Below, piece by piece: positions 17,391 through 27,632 of a stretch of 64,000 nt of DNA. This DNA comes from Lachnospiraceae bacterium (GTDB taxonomy: Bacteria > Bacillota > Clostridia > Lachnospirales > Lachnospiraceae): NCBI GenBank assembly GCA_024698075.1, contig JAILRP010000082.1, forward strand, positions 26,422 through 90,421, written 5' to 3'. Each line of letters opens with the position of its first letter. The first letter of the stretch is position 1. Under the pieces are notes generated by a model. The model worked only from the letters and a program-made list of their open reading frames with translations. It was not told the origin of the DNA and did no database searches. A program made the translations under genes and the position numbers.

Positions 17391-18557
17391 TCAGACGTAC
17401 GGCCTGTCAACCTCTATGACCGCGTAATGACTGCCCGGAAGGCTCTCGATCTTGGCACTTATCGTGTTTATTATCTCCTCCTCGGAGAGCCTGCAGTCAA
17501 ACGGTGCAACCACATCGAATATCAGATTCGTATGCGAAGGCCCCTTGACCATGCGAAAATCATGTATTGTGAACCTCTCGTCCACGCTCTTCGCGATGAG
17601 CTGGCAGAGCCGCCTCATCCTGTCGGTCGCGGCGTCACCGCGGACAACGGGATCCATATGTATCACGCAGCTGCATCCAAGCTTTTCATTGATCCTGCGC
17701 TCAATATTGTCGATTGTATCGTGAACGTCAAGAATGTTTCGGTCCGCCCCGACCTCGGCGTGAAGCGAGATCATCGTACGCCCGGGGCCGTAATCATGTA
17801 CCACAAGGTCGTGTATGCCTATGACATCATCATAGGACATGACGAACTTCTCTATCGCTTCCACATATTCCTTTGAAGGCTTGCTCCCGAGCAGCGGGTC
17901 CATTGTATCCTTTGCGGATGATATTCCGGCATAGAGCACGAAAAGCGACACCGCAAGGCCGCACCAGCCATCTATCGCAGCGCCTGTGTAATAGCTTATG
18001 AGCGAGCTTGCAAGAACAACCAGCGTCGCAACAGAATCCGTGAACGAATCGAGTGCCGTTGCCTTCATGGCGCCTGATGACAGTGCTTTCCCGAGTCTTG
18101 TATTGTAATAATACATATAGAGCTTTACTATGATCGATACGATCAGTATCCCGGCAATGACCGGCGTGAATTCGGGCATCTGCGGGTCCCTGATCTTTTC
18201 GAACGAGGATTTCAGCAGTTCCACGCCCATGAGTATTATGATCATCGACACCGCAAAAGCCGTCACATATTCTATCCTTCCGTGCCCGAACGGATGCTCC
18301 GGGTCGGGCTTCTGTCCGGCCATCTTAAACCCTATCATGGAAACGGCCGAAGACCCCGCATCGCTTAAGTTGTTCACGGCATCCGCGACTATGGAAACGC
18401 TTCCCGATATGAGTCCCGCCGCAAGCTTTATGCCAAACAGCACGATGTTTAAGAATATGCCGAATGCCCCGCAGAGCACCCCGTACTTATGCCGTACGCG
18501 CAGATCCGAGGTATTATCCCTGTCCTTTATGAATATTGCTGCCAATAGCCTTATCAT
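17391..18557 (-). CDS. Cation diffusion facilitator family transporter
   Basis: 388 aa with six TM segments, HPFGHGRIEY, and a C-terminal cytoplasmic CDF domain. Confidence 0.88.
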   Translation of the reverse strand: MIRLLAAIFIKDRDNTSDLRVRHKYGVLCGAFGIFLNIVLFGIKLAAGLISGSVSIVADAVNNLSDAGSSAVSMIGFKMAGQKPDPEHPFGHGRIEYVTAFAVSMIIILMGVELLKSSFEKIRDPQMPEFTPVIAGILIVSIIVKLYMYYYNTRLGKALSSGAMKATALDSFTDSVATLVVLASSLISYYTGAAIDGWCGLAVSLFVLYAGISSAKDTMDPLLGSKPSKEYVEAIEKFVMSYDDVIGIHDLVVHDYGPGRTMISLHAEVGADRNILDVHDTIDNIERRINEKLGCSCVIHMDPVVRGDAATDRMRRLCQLIAKSVDERFTIHDFRMVKGPSHTNLIFDVVAPFDCRLSEEEIINTISAKIESLPGSHYAVIEVDRPYV

Positions 18558-18578
18558 GTCATTTTCCTTCCGGAGATA

Positions 18579-19799
18579 TCATTTATCTTTCTTATCAGTC
18601 TCATCCCTGCCCTTATCATCAGCCCTGTCAAAACCGGTCCGGCTTTCCTCTATGCCCTCTGCCATGAGCTCCTCCGACGTGAATATACGCATCCTGCGAA
18701 AATCACGCAGCAGCAGCCTCGTGCTATAGATAAAGTTCGAGAAAAGCCCGGCCTTATACAGGTTGTAGACTATCATCCCGACAGGCACGGCAACGATGAG
18801 TCCGAGTGCGCCCCTTATGCGGAATCCCACATACAGAAGTATGAGCGTCGGGATCGCGGGCATTCCTATCGTATCACCCACAAGCTTTGGCTGGATGAGC
18901 TGCCGGACGAGCTGGGAGAGCACCCAGACTACCATCATCCCGACCGCAAACTTGTAGTCTCTCTGGATGAGCGCATAGGCCGCCCATGGCCACATGACAA
19001 AACCAGTGCCGAACAGCGGCAGAAAATCAAGCAGGGCAATGAACAATGCGATCAGGACGGCATATTTTATCCTGAGCACCAAAAATCCTATGAAGAGCAC
19101 CACATAGACAAAGCCCATGATCTTAAGCTGGGCCTTGAAGTAGCCTCCGACCGCAGACTTCATGGTATCGCTGACGATAAGGTACCTCTCCCTGACATGC
19201 TCCGGGACCATCCTCGTCATGAACCTGCCTATCTGCTCGCGTTCTGCAACGAACAGATAGCTTGCGAGCACGCACATGATGATCCCTATAAGGAACAGCG
19301 GAGCATTCCTTACGCTGTTGCCGGCCGATTCCGCCGCCCTCTCCCCAATTGAAGAGCCGAACGACGAAAGGGTATCATATATGTCCTCACCAAGCTCTGC
19401 GAAGAAATCCTGAACCCCTTTTGGAAGGAGCGCATATTTACGGCTCACATCAAATGTTATGTTCCTTATCGAGCTGTTCACCTTCGACCATGTATCGGGA
19501 GCACTCGTCACAAATCCGACAAGTTCGGTGACAAGCACATAAACCACGCCGTAGCACGCAGCCGCAACCGCAGCGAGCGTTAATACGATAACGAATACCG
19601 ATCCGGCCTTGCGCCTTATCTTCATCTTCTTCTCGAGAAAACGTACAAGCGGATTGGCAATGGCAGCTATCACAGCGGCAACGACAAACGGCCAGAAATA
19701 GGCCAGCGCCCATGGCAGCACGAATATCAGGAGCACTGCCATCATAATGGCAAAAAGGTAATTAAAGACTATCTTCAAGTATTTTGTCGATGATTTCAT
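18579..19799 (-). CDS. AI-2E family transporter / YtvI-like integral membrane protein
   Basis: 406 aa, polytopic, with AI-2E/PerM-like organisation. The start is uncertain because the annotated start overlaps the engB stop by 38 nt. An internal MMAV start lies near 19745. Confidence 0.75.
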   Translation of the reverse strand: MKSSTKYLKIVFNYLFAIMMAVLLIFVLPWALAYFWPFVVAAVIAAIANPLVRFLEKKMKIRRKAGSVFVIVLTLAAVAAACYGVVYVLVTELVGFVTSAPDTWSKVNSSIRNITFDVSRKYALLPKGVQDFFAELGEDIYDTLSSFGSSIGERAAESAGNSVRNAPLFLIGIIMCVLASYLFVAEREQIGRFMTRMVPEHVRERYLIVSDTMKSAVGGYFKAQLKIMGFVYVVLFIGFLVLRIKYAVLIALFIALLDFLPLFGTGFVMWPWAAYALIQRDYKFAVGMMVVWVLSQLVRQLIQPKLVGDTIGMPAIPTLILLYVGFRIRGALGLIVAVPVGMIVYNLYKAGLFSNFIYSTRLLLRDFRRMRIFTSEELMAEGIEESRTGFDRADDKGRDETDKKDK

Positions 19800-20349
19800 A
19801 GATCTCCTCCCTTCCCTGCTTTGTTGATGCAGAAAAAGGTATTACTGTACCGTCAGCGCCAAGGCCGTCCCTTATAAGCTTTATCTGTTTTGCGACCTGG
19901 CTTCTCTTTATCTTGTCAAGCTTTGTTGCGATTATCACGGGTGTATAGCCGTTTGAGGTGACCCAGTCATACATGAGCCTGTCATTATCACCGGGCGCAT
20001 GCCGGATATCCACGAGAAGGAACACGCACCTCAGCTGCTTTGAAGAGTGGAGGTATCTCTCCACCATACGCCCCCACTTCTCAACCTCACTCTTTGATGC
20101 CTTCGCGTATCCGTATCCGGGAAGGTCTACGAAATATATCTCCCCGTTTATATTGTAAAAGTTGATGGTCTGTGTCTTGCCCGGCTGTGCGCTTGTCCTG
20201 GCATAGCTCTTCCTGTTCATGAGCGCATTGATGAGCGATGATTTTCCGACATTTGACTTTCCGGCAAAAGCCACCTCAGGAAGAAGATTATCCGGAAGCG
20301 TGCTCGTTATGCCGCAGACCGTCTCCAAGTTCACGTTCTTTATGACCAT
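19762..20349 (-). CDS. engB: Ribosome-biogenesis GTPase YihA/YsxC
   Basis: G1 motif GKSNVGKSSLINAL, DLPGYGYA, TKLDK. I placed the start at MVIKN (RBS GGAGA, 13 nt after the lon stop) instead of the longer ORF-track start. Confidence 0.9.
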   Translation of the reverse strand: MVIKNVNLETVCGITSTLPDNLLPEVAFAGKSNVGKSSLINALMNRKSYARTSAQPGKTQTINFYNINGEIYFVDLPGYGYAKASKSEVEKWGRMVERYLHSSKQLRCVFLLVDIRHAPGDNDRLMYDWVTSNGYTPVIIATKLDKIKRSQVAKQIKLIRDGLGADGTVIPFSASTKQGREEIYEIIDKILEDSL

Positions 20350-20362
20350 GCTTATATCTCCG

Positions 20363-22738
20363 TCAGACGAGAGCCTCTTGTAATACCTCATCCATATGTT
20401 CAACGAACACTATTGACAGGCCCTTAGTTATCTCAGCGTCAAGTTCCTTTATATCCTTTACGTTCTGCTTCGGTACCAGAACCTTTTTGATCCCCGCATT
20501 TTTTGCTGCCAGTATCTTTTCCTTGAGCCCGCCTATGGGAAGCACCCTGCCGCGCAGCGTCACCTCCCCGGTCATCGCAACATCGGCACGCACCGGCTTC
20601 CCGGTTATTGCGGAATACAGCGCCGTCGCCATCGTGATCCCTGCGGACGGACCGTCCTTCGGAACGCTTCCCTCGGGTATATGAAGGTGAAAATCATTCT
20701 TTTTGAAAAGATCGGCCTTTATGCCATGGCGGTCAGCGATCGAGCGGATATAGCTGAGTCCCGCCTGTGCACTTTCCTTCATGACATCGCCGAGCTGGCC
20801 CGTGAGCATTATCTCCCCTTTACCCGGCATGACATTGACCTCTATCGAGAGCGTGTCACCTCCGACGCTCGTCCATGCGAGCCCGCGGACGATCCCTACC
20901 TCATCCGCCTCATTCTTACGGTCCCGTTCATACCTTCTTACTCCGAGAAAATCATAGAGATTGCCCCTGTTGACCCTTACCGTCTTTTTACCGTCCTGAT
21001 ATATCATTCTGGCCGCGCGGCGGCAGATGGCCGATATCTTGCGCTCGAGGGCACGCACTCCGGCCTCTCTCGTATATCCGCTCACAATGTCGGGCCATAC
21101 CGTATCCGCTATCACGAGCTGGCCCTTCTTCAGGCCATGCTTTTCTACCTGTTTCGGGAACAGGTGCTCCTTTGCGATATGGAGCTTTTCATTTTCCGTA
21201 TAGCTGCTGACCTCGATGACTTCCATCCTGTCAAGGAGAGGGCGCGGAATGTCCGCGGCCGAATTCGCGGTTGCTATGAAAAGCACCTCCGAAAGGTCAA
21301 TGGGAAGTTCTATATAGTGGTCCGAAAACCTTGAATTCTGTTCGCTGTCAAGCACCTCAAGGAGCGCCGCCGAAGGGTCCCCCTTAAAGTCATTGCTCAT
21401 CTTGTCTATCTCATCAAGGAGCATGAGGGGATTTTTGACACCCGCATTCTTAAGTCCGACCGCAATACGCCCGGGCATGGCCCCGACATATGTCCTTCTG
21501 TGTCCCCTGATCTCCGCTTCATCCCTGACTCCGCCAAGGCAAATGCGCACATATTTCTTGTCAAGCGCGGTGGCAACCGACTTGGCGATGCTGGTCTTTC
21601 CGGTTCCCGGAGGACCGATAAGGCATATTATCGGTGAATCTCCTTTTTTGGTCAGGTTCCTGACGGCCAGGTGCTCGAGCATCCTCTCCTTGACCTTAGT
21701 CAGACCGTAATGGTCCCTGTCAAGAATGCGCTCTGCCCTGTCAATATCCCTGTTGTCAACGGATGCGCGGTCCCACGGCATTGCCAGAAGGGTTTCTATA
21801 TATCCTCTTGAGACCTCGGCTTCGGAGGAACCGTCGTGAAGATGGCTGAAGCGGTCAATTTCCTTTAGGATCCTGTCCTTTATCTCTTTTTTTGCTTTAA
21901 GGCGGCTTACCTGATCCCTGTATCTTTCCTCCTCGGTCGCAGTGCTTCCTTCGCCGAGCTCTTCCTTTATGACGCGCAGCTGTTCACGGAGCACGTATTC
22001 CTTCTGATTTTTGTCCACGCGTTCCTTTATCTGTTTTGCGATGTCCGACTTGATCCCGAGTATGTCGACCTCGCGCTGGAGGATCGTCATAAGTGTCAGA
22101 AAACGTTCCTCGACCGCCTCGCAGCCAAGCAGTGCCTGCCTGTCGGGAAAGTGCATCGGAACGTTTATCGCAACATAGTCAAGAAGCTCAGACAGAGTCT
22201 CGGCTTCCTCGAACTGTTTTGTCAGCGTCTTGCCGATCTGGGGATTGTACCCGAGCATCGTCATGAGAAGGTCCCGAAGGATGTTTATCCTTGCCATGAT
22301 GTTATGGCGGCTCTCCTCATTATCCTCGGTGATCTCGGGATTGACGGGACAGACCGTCTTTCCGATATACCAGTCATCTGACGGGACCGCCTCCCTTGCG
22401 GCCGCGGTAAGAAAATCGCCGCTCTCTGCGGATATAAGCCTTGCCCGCACCTCTCCCTCGACAAGAACGCGGAGCACGTCACCCGGGAGCTTTACGACCT
22501 GTTTTATCAGGCATACGGTTCCCATAGCAAAAAGCCCTGTCTGAGAGGGCTTTGCCGAACTGCCCGGCTCCTCTTTTCGTTCCGAAACGACAAAGAGCTT
22601 CCGGTCCTTTATCATGGCCTGCTGTACGGCCCTGACCCCCGCGCCCGTATTGATATCAAAATGAATGACCATGCCCGGCAGCACCGCCATATTCATCACG
22701 ACAACGCAGGGATATCTCTTCTTGGTTATCCTTCGCAA
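20363..22738 (-). CDS. lon: ATP-dependent Lon protease
   Basis: 791 aa with an N-terminal LON domain, AAA+ Walker A GPPGTGKTSIAKS, and the protease motif PKDGPSAGITMATAL. Confidence 0.95.
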   Translation of the reverse strand: MRRITKKRYPCVVVMNMAVLPGMVIHFDINTGAGVRAVQQAMIKDRKLFVVSERKEEPGSSAKPSQTGLFAMGTVCLIKQVVKLPGDVLRVLVEGEVRARLISAESGDFLTAAAREAVPSDDWYIGKTVCPVNPEITEDNEESRHNIMARINILRDLLMTMLGYNPQIGKTLTKQFEEAETLSELLDYVAINVPMHFPDRQALLGCEAVEERFLTLMTILQREVDILGIKSDIAKQIKERVDKNQKEYVLREQLRVIKEELGEGSTATEEERYRDQVSRLKAKKEIKDRILKEIDRFSHLHDGSSEAEVSRGYIETLLAMPWDRASVDNRDIDRAERILDRDHYGLTKVKERMLEHLAVRNLTKKGDSPIICLIGPPGTGKTSIAKSVATALDKKYVRICLGGVRDEAEIRGHRRTYVGAMPGRIAVGLKNAGVKNPLMLLDEIDKMSNDFKGDPSAALLEVLDSEQNSRFSDHYIELPIDLSEVLFIATANSAADIPRPLLDRMEVIEVSSYTENEKLHIAKEHLFPKQVEKHGLKKGQLVIADTVWPDIVSGYTREAGVRALERKISAICRRAARMIYQDGKKTVRVNRGNLYDFLGVRRYERDRKNEADEVGIVRGLAWTSVGGDTLSIEVNVMPGKGEIMLTGQLGDVMKESAQAGLSYIRSIADRHGIKADLFKKNDFHLHIPEGSVPKDGPSAGITMATALYSAITGKPVRADVAMTGEVTLRGRVLPIGGLKEKILAAKNAGIKKVLVPKQNVKDIKELDAEITKGLSIVFVEHMDEVLQEALV

Positions 22739-22740
22739 AT

Positions 22741-24012
22741 CTACTCTGCTTTCTTAAGATTCTGCTTGACCTTATCGTTTTTGCGCACGATCAGGGGAGC
22801 GCCCTCACCCGTCACCGCGCCTTTTGTTATAACACATTTTGTTATGGAATCGTCTGAAGGGATCTCAAACATCAGATCGTTCATGAGTCCTTCGAGAATT
22901 GAGCGCAGTCCTCTTGCACCTGTCTTCTTTTCATATGCCTTGCGGGCTATCTCACGTATCGCATCATCCTCAAATTCCAGTTCGACGCCGTCAATCTCAA
23001 ACAGTTTTATGTACTGCTTCGTTATCGCGTTCTTGGGCTCGCGGAGCACCTGTACGAGAGCATCCACGTCAAGTCCTTCGAGGCTTACGCAGATCGGCAC
23101 ACGTCCCACGAACTCGGGGATAAGACCATACTTGATGAGATCTTCGGGCTGCACCTGCTGCAGGAGCTGTCCTACTTCATGCTCTGTCTTTGTGGCGATT
23201 TCGGCATTGAAGCCGATCGATTTTCTGTCAAGTCGGTTCTCAACGATCTTTTCGAGTCCGTCAAAAGCCCCGCCGCATATGAACAGGATATTGGTGGTGT
23301 TTATCGGTATCAGCTCCTGATGCGGATGTTTCCTTCCGCCCTGGGGAGGAACCGATGCGTTCGTTCCTTCGATGATCTTCAGAAGCGCCTGCTGCACTCC
23401 CTCTCCGGATACGTCCCTTGTAATGGAGACATTTTCGGATTTTCTCGTTATCTTGTCTATCTCGTCGATATAGATTATGCCGTATTCGGCCTTCTCCACG
23501 TTGTAATCCGCTGCCTGGATGACTTTCAGCAGGATGTTCTCAACGTCCTCGCCGACATATCCGGCCTCGGTAAGTGCGGTCGCATCCGCTATCGCGAACG
23601 GTACGTTTATGATCTTGGCGAGCGTCTGGGCCAGAAGCGTCTTGCCCGAGCCTGTCGGGCCGAGCATGATCACGTTTGACTTCTGAAGTTCTATGTCACC
23701 CGTATCCTTCTGCGACAGTATCCTTTTGTAGTGGTTATAGACCGCGACCGAAAGCACTTTCTTGGCCTCTTCCTGGCCAATGACATTCTCATCAAGGAAT
23801 GCCTTCATCTCCCTCGGCTTTACGAGATTGATGTCAAGATCCGCGCCTTCGGGTGCTTCTTCCTCATGTTCATACAGTTCATCCTCGACGATCTCCATGC
23901 ACACCTCGATGCATTCGTCACATATGAACACGCCTTCAGGTCCGGCTATGAGTTTCCTGACCTGATCCTGCCCCTTGCCGCAAAATGAACATCTGATATC
24001 TTTCTTTACCAT
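22741..24012 (-). CDS. clpX: ATP-dependent Clp protease ATP-binding subunit ClpX
   Basis: 423 aa with the zinc-binding N-terminus CSFCGK...CDEC and Walker [16 protein letters not shown]. Confidence 0.96.
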   Translation of the reverse strand: MVKKDIRCSFCGKGQDQVRKLIAGPEGVFICDECIEVCMEIVEDELYEHEEEAPEGADLDINLVKPREMKAFLDENVIGQEEAKKVLSVAVYNHYKRILSQKDTGDIELQKSNVIMLGPTGSGKTLLAQTLAKIINVPFAIADATALTEAGYVGEDVENILLKVIQAADYNVEKAEYGIIYIDEIDKITRKSENVSITRDVSGEGVQQALLKIIEGTNASVPPQGGRKHPHQELIPINTTNILFICGGAFDGLEKIVENRLDRKSIGFNAEIATKTEHEVGQLLQQVQPEDLIKYGLIPEFVGRVPICVSLEGLDVDALVQVLREPKNAITKQYIKLFEIDGVELEFEDDAIREIARKAYEKKTGARGLRSILEGLMNDLMFEIPSDDSITKCVITKGAVTGEGAPLIVRKNDKVKQNLKKAE

Positions 24013-24030
24013 TTCAGCTCCCGCTTACAA

Positions 24031-24615
24031 TCATGCCCTGTTAGTTATTATCTTATCCACAATGCCGTACTCGAGCGCTTCCTCGGCACTCATCCAGCTG
24101 TCTCTTTCCGTATCGGCCGCAACCTTTTCATAGCTCTGCCCGGTGTTCTCGGCCAGAAGCCTGTTGAGGCGTTCCTTCGTGCGCAGTATCTGCTTGGCAA
24201 CGATCTCTATCTCCGTCGCCTGTCCCTTTGCGCCACCCGAAGGCTGGTGTATCATTATCTCCGCGTTCGGAAGCACGAACCTCTTGCCCTTTGCTCCGCC
24301 CGCAAGGAGGAACGCACCCATGCTCGCCGCCATGCCTATACAGTATGTCGCAACATCGCACTTTACATAGTGCATGGTGTCATATATCGCAAAGCCGTCC
24401 GTTACGGATCCGCCCGGGCTGTTGATATAAAAATGAATGTCCTTCTCGGGATCTTCTGCCTCGAGGAACATCATCTGTGCAACGATAAGGTTTGCTGTCG
24501 TTTCATTGACCTCTTCTCCGAGGAAAACGATCCTCTCCTTGAGAAGTCTCGAATAAATATCGTAGCTGCGTTCCCCGCGGCTCGTCTGCTCTATGACATA
24601 AGGTACTAAACTCAT
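24031..24615 (-). CDS. clpP: ATP-dependent Clp protease proteolytic subunit
   Basis: 194 aa: [26 protein letters not shown], with the catalytic context [11 protein letters not shown]. Confidence 0.96.
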   Translation of the reverse strand: MSLVPYVIEQTSRGERSYDIYSRLLKERIVFLGEEVNETTANLIVAQMMFLEAEDPEKDIHFYINSPGGSVTDGFAIYDTMHYVKCDVATYCIGMAASMGAFLLAGGAKGKRFVLPNAEIMIHQPSGGAKGQATEIEIVAKQILRTKERLNRLLAENTGQSYEKVAADTERDSWMSAEEALEYGIVDKIITNRA

Positions 24616-24627
24616 CCTGCTGCCTCC

Positions 24628-25923
24628 TTATTTCTCCTTGGCATTGTCAACTATAAGGTCAACGGCTTTCTGTATCTTGATATCCTCGATGATCTGGTTC
24701 TTGCCGTACTCATCATCTCCGATATATTCTTTCAGCTTGTCGAGCTCGATCTTGGATTCCTCTGCCATCCTCTCAAGCTCTTTCTCATATTCCTCGTCGC
24801 TGACTTCAAAGTTCTCGGCCTTGACAATGGCTTCAAGGATAAGCCTTGATTCGATCCTCTTGCGTGCACCCGGCCTCATCTGGTCGGTGAACTTTTCAAG
24901 GTCAAGTCCCGTGAACATGAAGTACTGGTCAAGTGACAGGCCCTGGCTCTGAAGCCTTCTGGCGTAATCGTTCACCATGGTCTTGGTCTGTGTCTCCACC
25001 ATGGCGTCAGGTATCTCCATCTTCGAATCGTTCACGATAGCTTCAATGACCGCATCTTCCTTCTTGTCCCGTGCTTCCTTCTGCTTCTTCTCCGCTAGGT
25101 TCTTCTTTATGTCCTCGCGGTACTCGGCCATCGTATCGAACTCGGATACTTCCGATGCGAACTCGTCATCGAGCTCGGGGAGTTCCTTTTCCTTGATCTC
25201 ATTTACCTTGACCTTGAAGACGGCCGCCTTGCCGGCAAGATCCTTGGCATTGTAGTCCTCCGGGAAAGTCACGTTGACATCGCACTCATCCCCGGTATTT
25301 TTCCCGATGAGCTGCTCCTCGAATCCGGGAATGAAAGAACCCGATCCGATCACGAGCGGATAGTTCTCACCCTTTCCGCCTTCAAAAGCAACACCATCGA
25401 CAAATCCCTCAAAGTTGATCACCGCGGTATCTCCATCCTTTACGGGGCGGTCGCTGACCGTGATCGTTCTGGCATTTGCTTCCTGTTCGCGCTTAACTTC
25501 GTTGTCTACATCCTCGTCGGTAACCTCCGTGTCAATCTTATCGATCTTGACGCCCTTGTACTTTCCAAGCTCCACGGGGGGCTTTAATGCAACTTCCGCC
25601 GTAAAGATGAAGTTCTTGCCCTTTTCCATCTGTACAACGTCTATCTCGGGCTGTGATACGACCTCAAGATCCTTGGCAGCCTCGATCTCCTCGGCATACG
25701 CGTCGGGGATGATGAAGTTTGCCGCATCCTCGTAAAACACTTCGGGACCGTACATCTTCTCTATCATGGCCTGAGGCACTTTGCCCTTTCTGAATCCGGG
25801 CACGCTCATCTTGCTCTTGTTTTTATTGTAAGCCTTTTTGACCGCTTCGGAGAACTTCTCCGCATCAACCTCGATCGTAAGCTTAGCCATGTTCTTTTCC
25901 AACTTTTCTACCTGTAAACTCAT
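24628..25923 (-). CDS. tig: Trigger factor
   Basis: The start MSLQVEKLEKNMAKLTIEV has the RBS GGAGG, the signature GFRKGKVP is present, and an FKBP domain lies centrally. The position upstream of clpP-clpX is the conserved arrangement. Confidence 0.93.
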   Translation of the reverse strand: MSLQVEKLEKNMAKLTIEVDAEKFSEAVKKAYNKNKSKMSVPGFRKGKVPQAMIEKMYGPEVFYEDAANFIIPDAYAEEIEAAKDLEVVSQPEIDVVQMEKGKNFIFTAEVALKPPVELGKYKGVKIDKIDTEVTDEDVDNEVKREQEANARTITVSDRPVKDGDTAVINFEGFVDGVAFEGGKGENYPLVIGSGSFIPGFEEQLIGKNTGDECDVNVTFPEDYNAKDLAGKAAVFKVKVNEIKEKELPELDDEFASEVSEFDTMAEYREDIKKNLAEKKQKEARDKKEDAVIEAIVNDSKMEIPDAMVETQTKTMVNDYARRLQSQGLSLDQYFMFTGLDLEKFTDQMRPGARKRIESRLILEAIVKAENFEVSDEEYEKELERMAEESKIELDKLKEYIGDDEYGKNQIIEDIKIQKAVDLIVDNAKEK

Positions 25924-26019
25924 TCTGTATAAACCTCCGAAAATCATACAACTATGCTATTGTAAACCCTAAAGTAAGATTATAACACACAAACGCCGTA
26001 AATAAAAGAAATATTCTTA

Positions 26020-27420
26020 TCAGCCGCTGACATCTTCCACAATATTCTGCATCCATATTCCGCTCGCGGAGATCGCAAATCCTATACCGACCTTCAGCAG
26101 GGCAGTTCCCTCACATAACGCATAGATGGTAACGATATCAAGGCCCGTATACCTTGTCAGGAAAAATGCCATCGGTACGCCGATGACCATCAGGAATGCA
26201 CTGTCAAACAGGAAGGTTATAAATGTCCTTCCTCCGGCCCTTATCGTAAAGTACAGGCTGTGGCACAGGCCGAAGAGCGGCATAAGCGCTCCCGTCACTT
26301 TCAGAAAATCAGTGGCCAGATGCTTTACCTCCGATGTGGTATTATAAAGTTCAGGCAGAAGATGCGCGACAAAGAACAGTACCGTTCCCATCACGGCGCA
26401 GGAAAATGTAACGAATACATTGATCTTTGTGCCTGTATCCTTTGCCTCTTTCATCTTTCCGGCACCTAAGAGCTGTCCTACCATGATCGCGACCGCATCC
26501 CCGAACGCTATGAAGCATATGGAAAATACGTTGAAAAAAGTGGAGTTTATGTTCATCCCCGCAACAACCGCAAGCCCGCGCGTGGAGTAACTCTGCTTCT
26601 GGAGAACTATGCCTATTGACCACAGTGATTCGTTTAAAACGAGCGGAAGCCCGGTTATGCATATCTTCCTGACAAGCCCGCCCGAAACACGGAACGTGGC
26701 ATATGCGCCTTTTATGTATGGCTTGACATCGCTGTGCCTGTGGGTCCATATGATGACGATGAGCGCCTGGACGATGCGTGAGATAGAAGTTGCTATGGCT
26801 GCACCCACGACACCGAGCACGGGAAAGCCGAATTTTCCGTATATAAGCACATAGTTGAGCACAAGGTTTATGAACACCGCGGCGAAGCTTGCCCGCATCG
26901 GAATGACGGTCTCACCTGTCTCTCGAAGCGTCGATGAGTAGACCGATTCGGCCGCCTGCGGCAGAAGCCCGAAAAGCATAAACATCATGTAAACATGCCC
27001 GTATTCAAGCGTCGCCGAAAGATTTCCGGACTGCGATCCCTCATGCAGGTAGTACGATATCAGCGTCCTGTCCATAGTTCCGAAGACAGCGATCCCGCAG
27101 ACCATGATGAGTGCGCATATGATGACCTTGATCCTGAAAGTATCCCTTACCCCGTCATTGTTTCTCTGCCCGTGGTACTGTGCGGTAAATATTCCGGCAC
27201 CGCTTATGGCGCCGAACAGGCACAGCATGTAAACGAACATCAGGTCATTTACTATCGAGACACCTGACAGCTGCTCGGTGCCTATCCGCCCGACCATCAG
27301 GTTGTCGAGCATGTTGACGATGTTCGATATCCCGTTCTGGGCCATTATCGGCAGGGCTATCGCGAAAAGCTCCTTATAGAATTTTTTGTCTCCAATGAAT
27401 CTACGCATGAAAAATCCCAT
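26020..27420 (-). CDS. MATE family efflux transporter
   Basis: About 465 aa, 12 TM, with ALPIMAQNGISNIVNMLDNLMVG typical of MATE. The start is uncertain (ATG at 27420 or 27408). The TTG start used in the ORF track lies inside the 32-bp palindrome. Confidence 0.85.
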   Translation of the reverse strand: MGFFMRRFIGDKKFYKELFAIALPIMAQNGISNIVNMLDNLMVGRIGTEQLSGVSIVNDLMFVYMLCLFGAISGAGIFTAQYHGQRNNDGVRDTFRIKVIICALIMVCGIAVFGTMDRTLISYYLHEGSQSGNLSATLEYGHVYMMFMLFGLLPQAAESVYSSTLRETGETVIPMRASFAAVFINLVLNYVLIYGKFGFPVLGVVGAAIATSISRIVQALIVIIWTHRHSDVKPYIKGAYATFRVSGGLVRKICITGLPLVLNESLWSIGIVLQKQSYSTRGLAVVAGMNINSTFFNVFSICFIAFGDAVAIMVGQLLGAGKMKEAKDTGTKINVFVTFSCAVMGTVLFFVAHLLPELYNTTSEVKHLATDFLKVTGALMPLFGLCHSLYFTIRAGGRTFITFLFDSAFLMVIGVPMAFFLTRYTGLDIVTIYALCEGTALLKVGIGFAISASGIWMQNIVEDVSG

Positions 27421-27422
27421 AG

Positions 27423-27492
27423 CAAGTGTCAAGGGGACGGTTCTTTTGACACACTGTTTAGTGTGTCAAAAGAACCGTCCCCTTGACACTTG
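27423..27492. repeat. Perfect 32-bp inverted repeat with a 6-nt loop
   Basis: 27423-27454 (CAAGTGTCAAGGGGACGGTTCTTTTGACACAC) pairs without mismatch with 27461-27492. It lies 17 nt past the 3' end of tRNA-Thr and just upstream of the MATE start. No U-tract follows it. Confidence 0.95.
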
Positions 27493-27509
27493 ACACTGAT
27501 TAATGCAAG

Positions 27510-27582
27510 TGCTGACGTCGGGAATCGGACCCGAGACCTCCGCACTACCAATGCGGTGCGCTACCTACTGTGCCACGTCAGC
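27510..27582 (-). tRNA. tRNA-Thr (anticodon GGU), atypical
   Basis: I folded it by hand: acceptor GCTGACG/CGTCAGC, anticodon stem CCGCA/TGCGG with loop TTGGTAG, T stem TCGGG/CCCGA. It deviates in two places: a D stem GCAC/GCGC with one A-C mismatch, and a T loop TCCGATT with C at the position normally U55. CCA is not encoded. Confidence 0.65.
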
Positions 27583-27592
27583 AGACTAAGAG

Positions 27593-27622
27593 ATTTTATC
27601 ACAGGATATGGGGAAAAGTCAA
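27593..27622 (-). promoter_or_regulatory. Candidate sigma-A promoter for tRNA-Thr
   Basis: On the minus strand, TTGACT (27622-27617), an 18-nt spacer, then TAAAAT (27598-27593). The tRNA 5' end lies about 11 nt downstream of the -10. Confidence 0.5.
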
Positions 27623-27632
27623 TCAGGACCTG

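Noticed and set aside
19762-20403. Longer N-terminal extensions given by the ORF track for engB, tig (to 25947), guaB (to 52114), rlmB (to 30013), purH (to 44939), DJ-1 (to 13590), CYTH (from 14355), the GT2-GtrA fusion (from 54645), the GT-C-like gene (to 49927) and the MATE gene (to 27432).
   Set aside because: The extensions overlap the upstream gene or a hairpin, lack an RBS, and add non-conserved residues before the canonical family N-terminus. Internal starts with good Shine-Dalgarno sequences were preferred.
27423-27492. The 32-bp palindrome as terminal inverted repeats of an insertion sequence or MITE, or as a prophage att site next to tRNA-Thr.
   Set aside because: There is no transposase or integrase gene, no target-site duplication and no second copy anywhere in the 64-kb window. 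The two arms are adjacent, with only a 6-nt loop, so nothing lies between them. I kept it as an unexplained hairpin.
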